The notes under the pieces were generated by a model, which worked only from the letters and a program-made list of their open reading frames with translations, had not been told where the DNA came from and made no database searches. The position numbers were made by a program, and so were the translations under genes. From NCBI GenBank assembly GCA_002256025.1, contig NKIB01014345.1, forward strand, positions 1 to 44,556: DNA of 44,556 nucleotides, given 5' to 3'. Shown here piece by piece: positions 33,265-44,300 of the stretch (position 1 is its first letter; each line of letters opens with the position of its first letter). The DNA comes from Asterionella formosa. Lineage: Eukaryota.

Positions 33265-34999
33265 ATGCATGTGTTTGTAAACACTTGCGCTGCAGCCTTG
33301 GCCTTTCTCGTCACCGTCGTCGGGGGTAAGGTGCCACACGTAAGTTCAACCGTTGTGTTCGTTGCTGTTAAGCTACCGGTATAGTAGGGCGAAGATTTGT
33401 TTCCTTCTAATCTTGGATGGCGATTGAATTTGTTTTCACTCTACGTGTTGCTGTTGTTGCTTTGGCCAAGGTATCCAACGTGTATGATTTTCCTTCTCCA
33501 TCAATTGTAGGGACTTCCTGGTGTTGACACGCAAGTTGCGGAGTGTCTTTATTGTCATGTTGCAGTAGTTGACGTACAGTTGCCTGGCGGGCGAGGTGCT
33601 AAAAGCTACAGTTGCGTCACTGAGAGCACACAGGAGGGAGACGGAGAGTCGGAAATGTCGTACACTCTCACCTTTCCTCAGGAATTTATTCATAAACGCT
33701 CGAACAAAGCCAAGATTGACACTGGTGCATCCACGATTTGCATCGCTGGTGGTTCTGCGGTTCGTACTGACTTTGGCACACCTGACTATGTAGTTATTCC
33801 TAGTGGAGCGGCCATTTTCTTTGTCCACGGAAAAAATATCTTTCAGCGTCGATTGGCAGAAGTTGGAATAAGATCTGTTCTTGTAGTTCGTGTCAGTACT
33901 AAAGTGGAGGAACCCACACAGTCCGCCGTAGTCTTTGCCAACGAAACCTTTGGCATTGGAGGGCAACATGTCTCGCTTGCCAGTCAGTACAAAGCTTGCT
34001 CGTTTGGAAAGCTCATGTTCGTTCCCGCAGCGACAACAAAGCTCATTAAAAATGGAGTGATGGAATTGAAACTCCATCAATCCATTAAAGGTCTCGATGC
34101 ACGCAACCTCGAAAATCTCATGAACCTTCGGACAAAAGGGTTACTTGGTGTGAATAGCCTTGGGAGTGCATACTCCCATATTCTCTTTTGCTTGCCGTAT
34201 GGTACCAGAATGAACAATATGACAGGATGGATTGCGTATGGAGTTACAGGCGGAAAGTACTCTTACTACAATGATGGTTCGTTTCGACCGTGTATTACAT
34301 TATTTTGACATAGCTCAATTCTTACCAAAACAATGGTTGTCCTTTCATCCAACCACAGGATGGTGCTCCAGTCTCAGTGCCAAAATGCATGAGATCGGGT
34401 AAGTGAAGCAAATTATAAATGCTGTGTTTTCGTTCTAAATTGAAAAGCTAATTTTCATTGTTATGTGCAGGCATAATTTAGGCGTCGTACACTCTGGTAT
34501 AAACAATGAATACTCAGATGTGACTTGTTCGATGGGAGCCTCCACTAAATCGGCTGGACGGCCAACCATGTGCTTCAATGGTCACAAAAACTATGTCTTT
34601 GGCTGGTATAAAGACAAGCAAATTTTTGTTCAGCCAAGCATAACTGGACCTGTAGCTATCAAACTTTATGGGTTCGTCGACTATCAAAATGCCAATGGAT
34701 ATGTTCTCATCATCGTTGGTCAACTATACATTCAGTTCAATCTTGCAGAAAAATTCAATTCTCAAACTAGAAAGTACCCAAACAATGTTACAATTGTAAA
34801 ATCTACTGGAATTGGCAAAACATCAAATCTTATAAGAGCACTCTCGCCAAAGCAATCTGCTGTGATTGACAATTATTCTATTGATGTGTGCGCTTTGGTA
34901 ACTTCCCGGACTCCAAAATACATGCTTGTCTCGGTGCGCCTGAAAACTCAACATTCAGCCTGTCCATCAGGGGCTACATCTGCACCTGCAAGGAAATAG
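33265..34999 (+). CDS. Secreted gametolysin-family (peptidase M11) metzincin; exons 33265-33339, 33511-34276, 34359-34398, 34471-34999
   Basis: GT-AG splicing keeps frame and builds YSYYNDGWCSSLSAKMHEIGHNLGVVHSG (HExxHxxGxxH), the Met-turn YSDVTCSMG and MCFNGHKNYVFGWY. Also SLASQYKACSFGKL and a signal peptide MHVFVNTCAAALAFLVTVVG. Exon 1 donor is the least certain. Confidence 0.88.
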
Positions 35000-35766
35000 T
35001 CTGCCTCTACTTGTACAGGGAGGCCTACTGGTACTCCGCCAGAAATGACTAGCAAGTGCACCATAACTTGCCAGATAGATTTATATCGTTTTGCATTCGG
35101 TTCTTTGTATTTTATTTGATGCATCAGGACTTGATTCAATTATTCTGACTATGTAAGAGTATTACCAGGTTAAGATTCTGCCGTGGTATGCCATCAGGTA
35201 GAATAGAAACTACTACAGGTACGGTACCTTTGTTCTTTCGACATTATATAGAAAGTATGAAGAAAACATCAAATATTATGCGGTGACGATAACAGCTGAT
35301 AGCTATGGGTTTAGGACTTCCGGTATGTAGCTGGAACTACGTTACGTCCGCATTTGATTTACTACAACAACAAACCTACTGCATGGTTGGTATGGGTTCC
35401 TTTTCAAAACAGCCAGGCGTGAAATGTCACATTGAATATTGCCCTCACTCCCCATCAAAGGGGGAAGTACCACCTAATCTATAATGTATATTTTTCCTTC
35501 TGTTTTACTATTATATACATATCATACTGTATTAAACAAATGCGCTGTTCGGGTTAGCCTTGTTTTATTTCACCATTCTGTCATAATCCAGGTGAAGATC
35601 ATACCAGTAAACTGTCAAATAATGGGAAAGTAACACATAAAAATGTCCCATCCATTATTCCACAATCTCATAAATTAAAAATATATTCTTATTCAAAGTA
35701 GGCATGGAGAGAAAACCAATGCCCAAACGTGCCAAGAAGCTGATATTGTCACACACCAAGTCATCT

Positions 35767-36839
35767 TCAAGTCACTGATGGCTTGCATGCTGGAAGGTAA
35801 CCGATCCCAAAAAACGCAACAGAGCAACAACAAAAGCAAATAATTAACCAAAAATATTTAAGGACCCAGCCAGATTCTCTCATACATTTCGGAGCTTGTA
35901 CCTCTTGTTCCACTCTCGTTATTGCATTCAATGTATACATTGATATTTGGTGGGAATATTTTGATGAACATGGCTTTAAAGAAGTCATCTAGATCCAATA
36001 TAAATTCCATTGCAAGTGCGCTAAATACAATGGAATAAGTGTCAGGTTCAAGGAAAATAATCCAAAGATTGATCAGGTACACAACAGGCTCATAGACTAC
36101 TAGGAACATGAATCAGTCCCATATGACATTTTAAAAAAGTATTCCGCCGCTTGAAGTAGTTGTCAGTAATGAATGGTCAAATTCAACAAATCTCTGCATG
36201 AGTGGAAAAACCAGCTTCGATAAGTAAATGACACCAGTGATGGCAAAAGCGAGCGTTTGATCCACACGATCTGCTCCTTTCGGTCAAAATCCTTGATCAT
36301 AATACACATGTTTATAATATCTCCATTTACTGAAAACCACGATAATCGGAATAATCAACTGAATAGCGAGTATAAGAAAGAGGAAAAGTTTGGTACAATT
36401 ACATGCACAACTCCATTTTGGGTCGCTCCTCCTTCGTGAAGAAGAACATGGTAATGATGCCAATATCTCGATGAGTTTCAACGTAATCTTTCCATCTTGC
36501 GCTATGCCATTCCCTCAAGGGAATTCTGACATGAGCAGTTGCATTCACATTCAGAATTGGGGTCCCCCAAGAATTTTCTGCCATGTTAAATTGATAGAAA
36601 CCCCCACCATTCCCTTGGATTTCTCCTACTATGGATGTTGCAACTGCATCTTCTCTATAATCATATTGGAGGCTGCCCCAACAATTTGGTAACAAAAGGA
36701 ATCCAGGCACACTCTTTTGGTTAGTCTTCAACATTTCAAAACCACAATCAGTCAGAGCCCTGAGCTTTTCACTCCAGATTATGTTGGAGTCAATGATAGG
36801 TGCATGATTTAGAACATCTCTCTTAAATACGGCAATCAT
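35767..36839 (-). pseudogene. Pseudogenised paralog of the 39239-40345 membrane protein
   Basis: Fragments in different frames share WK.YV.THRDIGIIT.FFF, PKW...CTKL.L.LI..IQ.I.PI.V, LV.YEP.VYLINLWIIFLEPDT.SIVF.ALAMEFIL..DD.FK, FGI.YLP.CKPS with the intact gene; several frameshifts and in-frame stops. Confidence 0.9.
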
Positions 36840-37364
36840 GGGAGGAACTATTGCTACTACTAGCCAAGGAAGGGAAGCCTAGGCAAAGCAATATCTCCTA
36901 TATTTCTCGGGATTGTTCCTGACATGGCTGAGATGTGCGATTGATTTGAGGTTTATGTATAATTCTTGAAAAAGTAGGAATATGACTAGTGTGACCATGC
37001 ACATGAGTCACATTGATTGTTGAGACAAGGAAGTACTACCTGTACCTGGCTGTAGAAGCAACGACAAGAAACCCCGCAGATGATTGAAAAAGGACGGATA
37101 GGCAGGCGCGATAGCGAATTACACCATGTCCCGTTTTCGTCATGATAAATTTACTGATATATACACATATATGTTACCTCTATTTGGAGCAGTACATGTG
37201 GTTTATCAACGATATAGAAGGTCTCTGCGAAGATCTACTACACGAGGACATGTCAAGCCTATGTGCTATGTAGTATGTAGTATGCCGGTATGAATATATA
37301 CCTATTTGAGATGAAATGAGAAATGAGAGAGGGAGCAAAACAACAATCGGGCAACGAGGGAAGA

Positions 37365-38303
37365 ATGAAATTTATCAATTGCAATAGCTGCATCCTCCTC
37401 TGCATCCTCGCCATCTCAGTCCATGCATTTCCTCCATCGTCATTAAAGCTTCTAGTATCGAAACGAAACAGTTTCCAATTTCTAAAGAAGCGGCAAAGAC
37501 AATTCGTGCGCTTTTTAGCGGATCACGAAAAATCGCCTGCATTGTTTTCCCGAAGAAATCTCTGGAACTATGTGGGTGCTGCGCTTTTGGGTATTCCTGC
37601 TATTGTCGAAGTGTATTCCCGAGTATCTTCCTTAACCATTGGACCGGATGATGACGGTGTATTCATCATGGATGCACCATCGCAGGGATGGGATGGTATA
37701 AAGACTGCAACAGTTGTCTTTCATGGGGCAGGTGGCCAAGACGAAAACACGGACGCACTCCGCAAGGCTCTTCAGAAAACAGACAACAAGTATTCCTTCT
37801 CTACAATTATTGATTGGAGCAACTACTCTACCAACCTGTTTCAAGCGTCGTTCAATGGCCAAACAATCGGACGTTTTATTGCAGATCAACTCGTGTCCAA
37901 GGCACCGTTGATCGAGAGGGTTCATGTTATTGGAATTTCCGTTGGAGCCTTTGGCTGTACCACATGTGTGGAGAGGATCAAATTGTTGTGCCCGAAAATA
38001 TATGTGCAGCAAACACTGTTGGACCCCTTTTGCCAGCGAGGGATTTTTGATGTTGGGTACGGCGAGAGGAGCTTTGGTGCATCAGCAGATTATGCACAGC
38101 AGTACGTCAACACGGACGATCCAGTCCCCTCAACCAATTCGCCGTTGACAAAATGTGTCGTGTATGATGTTACTTCACTACGACCACGAGAAGTGTTTGG
38201 TCATGATTGGCCATTGATCTACTATACCCGACAAGCTAAAGTCGGGTTCGTGGCCATAAAGGACAAGGGACAACGAGGAAGTGTGAAACGTATTGATCAA
38301 TAG
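37365..38303 (+). CDS. Alpha/beta-hydrolase (lipase-like) with plastid presequence and twin-arginine-like motif
   Basis: VVFHGAGG oxyanion motif, VHVIGISVGAF (GxSxG), LLDPF, GHDWP. Signal peptide MKFINC...SVHA-FP, then FSRRNLW and a hydrophobic helix. An alternative upstream ATG exists at 37323. Confidence 0.8.
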   Translation: MKFINCNSCILLCILAISVHAFPPSSLKLLVSKRNSFQFLKKRQRQFVRFLADHEKSPALFSRRNLWNYVGAALLGIPAIVEVYSRVSSLTIGPDDDGVFIMDAPSQGWDGIKTATVVFHGAGGQDENTDALRKALQKTDNKYSFSTIIDWSNYSTNLFQASFNGQTIGRFIADQLVSKAPLIERVHVIGISVGAFGCTTCVERIKLLCPKIYVQQTLLDPFCQRGIFDVGYGERSFGASADYAQQYVNTDDPVPSTNSPLTKCVVYDVTSLRPREVFGHDWPLIYYTRQAKVGFVAIKDKGQRGSVKRIDQ

Positions 38304-38575
38304 TACTACAATAAGCCACATTGTGTTATCATTGATGGCTAGCTCAAAACAAGGTTAATGCTCTACACACCTTTATATCGTCCAGTTCAATCACACGTCA
38401 GATTGAGAATTCAATAGTGCACATGCACATCACTCGTTCGCTTCCTTCAGTTACTGATCTCCTCCCATTCGTGTATTTACCAATATGCCATTAGGCATAT
38501 CCTCAGGTGATGAAAATGTTGCTTATGTGTAATGGAATATTGGGAAAATTCCCGTTCTATTAAATGATTGAAAAA

Positions 38576-38995
38576 ATGTACCGGTAATGATGTACCGGTA
38601 CTCCCCGGTATGTCTACCGGTAATCGACTGCCCATTGCTATGATACGGAGTACGTGTATGCCAGCAAGTGAAAAAACTTTAGCTGTTTTCCTCCTACAAA
38701 AGGTCGGAAACGTGGACCACCGATTTACCAGGTAAGAATAGTACCGATAAAATAGTTTCCCTTCGACCTCCAGGTACTGGTACCTGTACCTCCCAATAAA
38801 AAACAGGTAGCTGTGTTATTTACCGGTACCTGGTACCAGGTACCAGGCACCAGGTACCGGTACCGTTATCAAGTTCCTTTTGTTCCAACATCCATTTTAT
38901 GCATATGCATCGCTCACATTTACCGGTACCAGGTATAAGTCCACCGGTACCGGTACTCAATTTAAATCAATTACCTAGGTACTACTACCGGGTAT
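38576..38995. repeat. Dense cluster of TACCGGTA / GGTACC / TACCWGGTA palindromes upstream of the 39239 gene
   Basis: For example 38821-38864 TACCGGTACCTGGTACCAGGTACCAGGCACCAGGTACCGGTACC; further copies at 38579, 38593, 38615, 38921, 38944. Confidence 0.85.
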
Positions 38996-39238
38996 TGTGA
39001 TGTTCTCTCCCAAATCCTCATTGTTCATGTTTTGCGTTCCTTTCCTTCGTATAGATAATACATTCAATGTTATCTTGTTACATCTCTCAGGATTATCATG
39101 ATTCCTCCCACTATATCATGTACTTGCCAATCACACAGAGGAACCGATTGATCCAGTCATTTGTGCTCACATCGTTCCAAGAGGTCACCAGTACAACAAG
39201 AGCTATTGATCAGTTTCCCCTGTCGGCCTGCTGGAATA

Positions 39239-40345
39239 ATGTCAGCGATTGCAGTATATAAAGCGCCACGCAACCATGGATCCCTTATGATCGGGAGTGA
39301 TCTATTCCGCAATCTGATTGATTGTGGTCTGACAACCTTGACTAGTACTGGTGTAAGCAACTTAAAAGGATTCAAGATGCCAGATGATTGGAATTTCCTC
39401 TCACCTGACAAAATGGAAGGCTTGGTTGCGGCAGCCATTGTAGATGAGATCACTTCCGAGAACTATGCTTTCTACCTATTCGATGCTAATACTAATACAT
39501 GGAAACAAATTAGTCGACAGGCAGCAATTGATCATGCAAGGATTCCTCTGAAAGCTCAGTTTGTGGCTTCACAACTGGCAATCCAAAAAGAAAGAAGAAA
39601 ACAATGGAAAGTGTATGTCGACACTCATCGAGATATCGGCATTATAACGCTATTCTTCTTTCATTCAAGTAACGAACCAAAATGGAATATGGCTAGCAAA
39701 TATTGCAGCAAACTCATCCTGCTTCTAATCTTCTCAATTCAGTGGATAGTCCCGATTGTTGTAGCAATCAGCAAGAACCGAGAGTATAAGTGCATTTACC
39801 ATGATGGTCTTTGTCCGAATGGGGCTGACCTTTTAGATAGAATTCTCGCATGCTCAATCGCTGTACTTTACTTTTCTAAGCTTACTTTTCTGGGAATGCA
39901 GAAGTTTGTGGATGCTGACCGATCACCACTGACAGTGACAGACAATGGTGGAATACTTCAGACAACTGTGATCTGTGACCGATTCATGTACCTTGTCTAC
40001 GAGCCTGGTGTATATCTGATCAATCTATGGATTATATTCCTCGAACCTGACACTATTTCCATAGTTTTCAGAGCCCTTGCAATGGAATTCATATTGCTTG
40101 TAGACGACCAGTTCAAAGAGATCTTAACTAAAGTATTTCCTCCCAATGTCGACATGTACATGGACTTAAACAATGAGAATGGGATGAGCCCTATAAGCCG
40201 CAATGTGCATGCAATTTTCTGGTCCCTTGGACGACTGTGTTATTTGTTTTGCATTTGTTGTTGTTTTCTTGCCGCCTTTGGGATATGGTACCTTCCATGG
40301 TGCAAGCCCAGCCGTCAAGATTTCTTGCAAGGAGTGTGTACATAA
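39239..40345 (+). CDS. Hypothetical protein: N-terminal DUF6824-like domain + C-terminal multi-pass membrane domain
   Basis: Intact ORF from ATG 39239, corroborated by the paralog. N-terminus GSDLFRNLID...VAAAIVDEI....F..D....WKQISRQAA resembles DUF6824. About 4-6 hydrophobic helices including ALAMEFILLVDD. Confidence 0.85.
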   Translation: MSAIAVYKAPRNHGSLMIGSDLFRNLIDCGLTTLTSTGVSNLKGFKMPDDWNFLSPDKMEGLVAAAIVDEITSENYAFYLFDANTNTWKQISRQAAIDHARIPLKAQFVASQLAIQKERRKQWKVYVDTHRDIGIITLFFFHSSNEPKWNMASKYCSKLILLLIFSIQWIVPIVVAISKNREYKCIYHDGLCPNGADLLDRILACSIAVLYFSKLTFLGMQKFVDADRSPLTVTDNGGILQTTVICDRFMYLVYEPGVYLINLWIIFLEPDTISIVFRALAMEFILLVDDQFKEILTKVFPPNVDMYMDLNNENGMSPISRNVHAIFWSLGRLCYLFCICCCFLAAFGIWYLPWCKPSRQDFLQGVCT

Positions 40346-41063
40346 GTCCATGACAACATTAGTCCTGACATGGTGTTTTCGGTAAATTACTTTCTAGATT
40401 GATTATTTCATTTCATAGCAAAATGATACAATTTTTTTTCGCACTTGGACTTCTCCTTGTTTCATCAGTCGTTGAGGACTACAACCTTGCATAATTGAAA
40501 TACCACATCGCAATACGGCCTGGCTCATCACAGGCACATCGTTGTCAGGCTACATGTAATACTTTCACAAACCATCAGATCTAGCAGAGTAGTACTACTA
40601 GTATTGCTATGCTTAGTAGAGAGTTATATGTTTTCACCTTTGCTATTACTGTCAGAATGCTTGGATTTATAAAGCTGATGATCGTTTGAGTCTTTCTATG
40701 TGGCTGAATATCATTGCCACTGGTAGTATTCCAAGGGAATTGAGTAACACATATGAGAGCCAGTAAAACCAGTATTCCCTCTGTTGCTTGATACTATGTA
40801 GAACATTTCCGATCATGTACCACCTAGTACTTTGATGCTTTGTTGCTCTCCCATGGCAACAATTTTTTTGTAATTTACAATTGACAAATCATCCAGTATA
40901 TGTGCACATAATATCTATTTGAGAGAAATCCAAGTGCCTTCAATGGTATCCACTAAAGTCAATCAATGATCAATGATCACTTCGTAGCCTTCCCTTCTTG
41001 TTGATGATTTCTTCGTTCGTGTTGTTGTAAATGCAGGGATTGAATTGTATTGTGTGGAAGGTA

Positions 41064-41291
41064 TTACGCTTGGCAAATCAATTTGTTTCGGAGCAATACG
41101 GTTGGATGCAGTGTAGGCTTTGTGGTGACTAAAGTTGCATTGGGACAAATTGACATTTGATTATTGAGGCGAACTGAAAGTTTCATGTATGTTGGTACTA
41201 TGGAATTTCCTGATACAAAGTTGGATGCTTCTATTACGTAGGAACCTAACACATCAAATTGATTTGCAGCAAGTGATATTTGCAATGATGA
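41064..41291 (-). pseudogene. 3' end of a second M11 protease paralog, interrupted by the Copia insertion
   Basis: SSLQISLAANQFDVLGSYVIEASNFVSGNSIVPTYMKLSVRLNNQMSICP aligns with SNLIRALSPKQSAVIDNYSIDVCALVTSRTPKYMLVSVRLKTQHSACP of the 33265 gene, right up to the LTR edge. Confidence 0.75.
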
Positions 41292-41372
41292 TGTTGGTTA
41301 TCTGGCTGGGGCTATCATATGTAGCAGGTAATTTATTCCGGGATTTTCTTTCCTAAAATAATTTCTCCAACA
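41292..41372 (-). repeat. 3' LTR of the CoDi Copia element (only 81 bp)
   Basis: Minus strand: CAGCAGGAGTG (PPT-like) then TGTTGGAG ... TAACCAACA; 6-bp TGTTGG/CCAACA termini; host coding sequence resumes immediately after. Confidence 0.8.
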
Positions 41373-41394
41373 CACTCCTGCTGGACATGGATGC

Positions 41395-44300
41395 TCACTT
41401 TGAATTCATAATTTGCTGACGAAAATGAATAAATTTCTTTCCAACCAGTGGTTTCGTCATGTAGTCTGCTAACATTGCATCCGTTAGACAGTACTTAATC
41501 TGTACTTCCTTTCTTTCAATAAGATCAGTAATATAAAAATACTTGATGTTGAAATGTCACGTGCGTTTTCCTGGACTTGCTTTTCCATTTGCTTCTAGCT
41601 TCATTGCGCTAGTGTTGTCACGGTAAATGACATTCGTAGTCACCTTGTGTCCTTGTGCTTCAATAAATAATTTCGTCCACAACACCTTTGATATGATGTC
41701 ATCGACACCAACCAATTCTGCTTCAGTCGAACTTCTAGTGTTCACTTTCTGTTTCGTAGACATAGTACAGATAATTCCATTTCCAAGTGACATTGTAGCT
41801 CCTGTGTGACTTTTAAAATCTTTGTGTACTGCAAACGCCGCATCAACATACCATTTAATGCTCTGTGTGTCATCAGCACTCATAGATGCAACCTCGTCTT
41901 GAGTTGCTTTCAAGAAATTCATGATCTTGACTAATTTTACCCAATCGCCTTCATTCGGTTTGGTAGTTCGGGTTGCCAGAAATACAATTCCTGGTTAAAT
42001 GTCCTGTCTTCCTCGCTTACATAGGAACATTCCTTTCATAACAAAAGTATGAAACAATTTTGCTTTTTCAATGTTCAAGCTTCTTTGATTTTGTATCAAC
42101 TGTGAACAATTTATCTGTCCATGGAAATTTTCCGACAACTTCAAGTTTATCCGGAAAATCATTAATCATTGATATCACATATTTGGTCATGTCCACCCTC
42201 AACACTCCTGGAAGAGAGTAATCTAGTGTCATTGCCAAATAATCATGCTTATTTCCACGCATGACCTTGACTTCACCAATTTCGTCAGAAGCGTATTTCT
42301 TTTTGAGCCATTCCAAAAATTGATCATTCACTTTGCTGTCCACGTGAATTGATTTCAAATCGTCTACGTGCCAAGTAACTGTGTGCTGTTTGCCATTAAC
42401 AATGCGATTTGCAACGCATGGATCATATGGGTTGACCTTGAATCCAATTGACTCAATATCCTTCCGAAATTTCTTGTAATATAATAATGATGACTGTAAC
42501 ATGCCATATAATGCCTTGATCATCCTAACATATAGGACCTTGTTGTTCCCTTCATAAACAACATATTTTTCATAAGTCTCGGGGCTGAGTTCTGTCAACA
42601 TATTGACAAGCAAACCTCTAATCTTCATAATGATTCGTTCCCCTTTTTCTTTCTCATCGATATCCACTTGCACAAATGCATTGGGTATATCTGCAGTCAT
42701 AACATCGCGATTTTGCTTCGCATCAATTGTTGCTGTTATCATAACAGATTCAGTCATGGTAGTTGGACTAGCTGCTTCATCTCTTTCCATGTATTCACGT
42801 TGCGAACTGCCATTGGCACATGCTCTGCCTTTAATGCTCTTATCTCTCTTTTCAACCAAAAAAATTAGGCTTTCCATTGCACGTCGCTTTTCGATATCGG
42901 TTAGGTCTTCAATCCTAATCGGTTCAAACACAACTCTATCATGTAGTTGTTTCATTTCTTTATAGGCAGCGTCTCTTCCTTTCTGGCCAAATTTCTTGAG
43001 GCCTTTCCTTAAGCTGTATGACTGAACAAAGTGAAATGCTTCTTTATCGATACACATCTCATTCATATAACACATTGTCTTTGCGATCACTTTCGCATTA
43101 TCAGTCGTGTATTCTTCTCGACAGTGTGCTTGGGTATGCAAATGATTTTGGACCATAGTTAGTTTTGATGGTGGTCTTGAGACTCTTCCAGACCTTGTAG
43201 TTCTAACATTTGGGTCTGAGTCATCCTGAGTGCTTGGATTGACTTCTAACATTGCCTCTTCATTTTCAGTTTCATTTGCTGGCTCTTCATCCTCATCTTG
43301 GATATCATCTGCATTCATTTCGATATTATTCTCATTGTTGCCCTCGTCAGGTTCAGGGTCATCCTCTTGAGTATTGTCGTTTAATTCGAGCTGTTCTGCT
43401 TCATATATTTCATCCGGAGTCATTGCGTCATAGTCTTCTTCTCCGAGAATTTCATCATTGCTTTCGTTGTCACTAGCATCTTGATCTTCATAATCTTCAT
43501 CTTGTGCATCTTCAAATGCTTCGTTATCATAATCCACTCCTGCAATCCAAGCACTATCATAAAATAGTTGTCCTGTTCGATTTGATATCTTGAGACCATC
43601 TGGCATATTTTCTTGCACAGCAAGGGCGTGTACTTGATTCATGATTGCTGGGGTAAGTGGTAGAGGAGTAATTGTTCGTCTAGTGATCAATGAATTTGTA
43701 GGTAGGTGTAACAATTCATGACCTCCTTGCACATTGTCATTGTAGCGTAGAAAAATGCAATCTAGGCTGCGGGGTGCATTAGTGTTTGAAAACACAGGTT
43801 CTTCATGTGCTTGGACATAAGTGCCAAATGTATACTGGCAATGTCGAGCATAGTCCAGGTTTCGTTGATGTAAAATCATACGAGGACTGTAATACGGGGA
43901 TATCCCGTTCTTTGCCGGAAAGAAATTCAGTTTCCTTGCAGATTCTGTCACTAGAATCTTAATCATCAGTCGCGGCAAATGTTTGAAAGGTAATCGATGA
44001 TAAGCTGCGCGCACGCGTTCTTTAATCACTCGATTATTTCGCTCCGCTTCGGGAACATGTTCTTGTGGGTTTGCGTAGTTCATAGTGACTTGAAATTCAT
44101 TGGAAATTTGTTCCATCAAAGGTCGAAACTCGTTGTCACAGTGGATTGTTGTAATTTTAAATCCTCCGGTATTATAAACACGGAATACTTGAATCAAAGC
44201 ATCTCGATAGACTTCAGCTGTCTGATTCTTGACCCATTGCGCTGTCCTATACATAATGTTTCGAGAAATTGTTGTGAGAAATGATTGTCCATTGACTTTC

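Noticed and set aside
35767..36839. Introns or stop-codon recoding rescuing the fragmented membrane gene
   Set aside because: Breaks are small indels or stops collinear with the intronless paralog, leaving no room for introns; other genes use the standard code.
41557..42070. Programmed frameshift or readthrough in Copia pol
   Set aside because: The lesions lie inside RT-RNase H at positions of conserved residues (Q, R) and there are three of them; ordinary inactivation is the simpler explanation.
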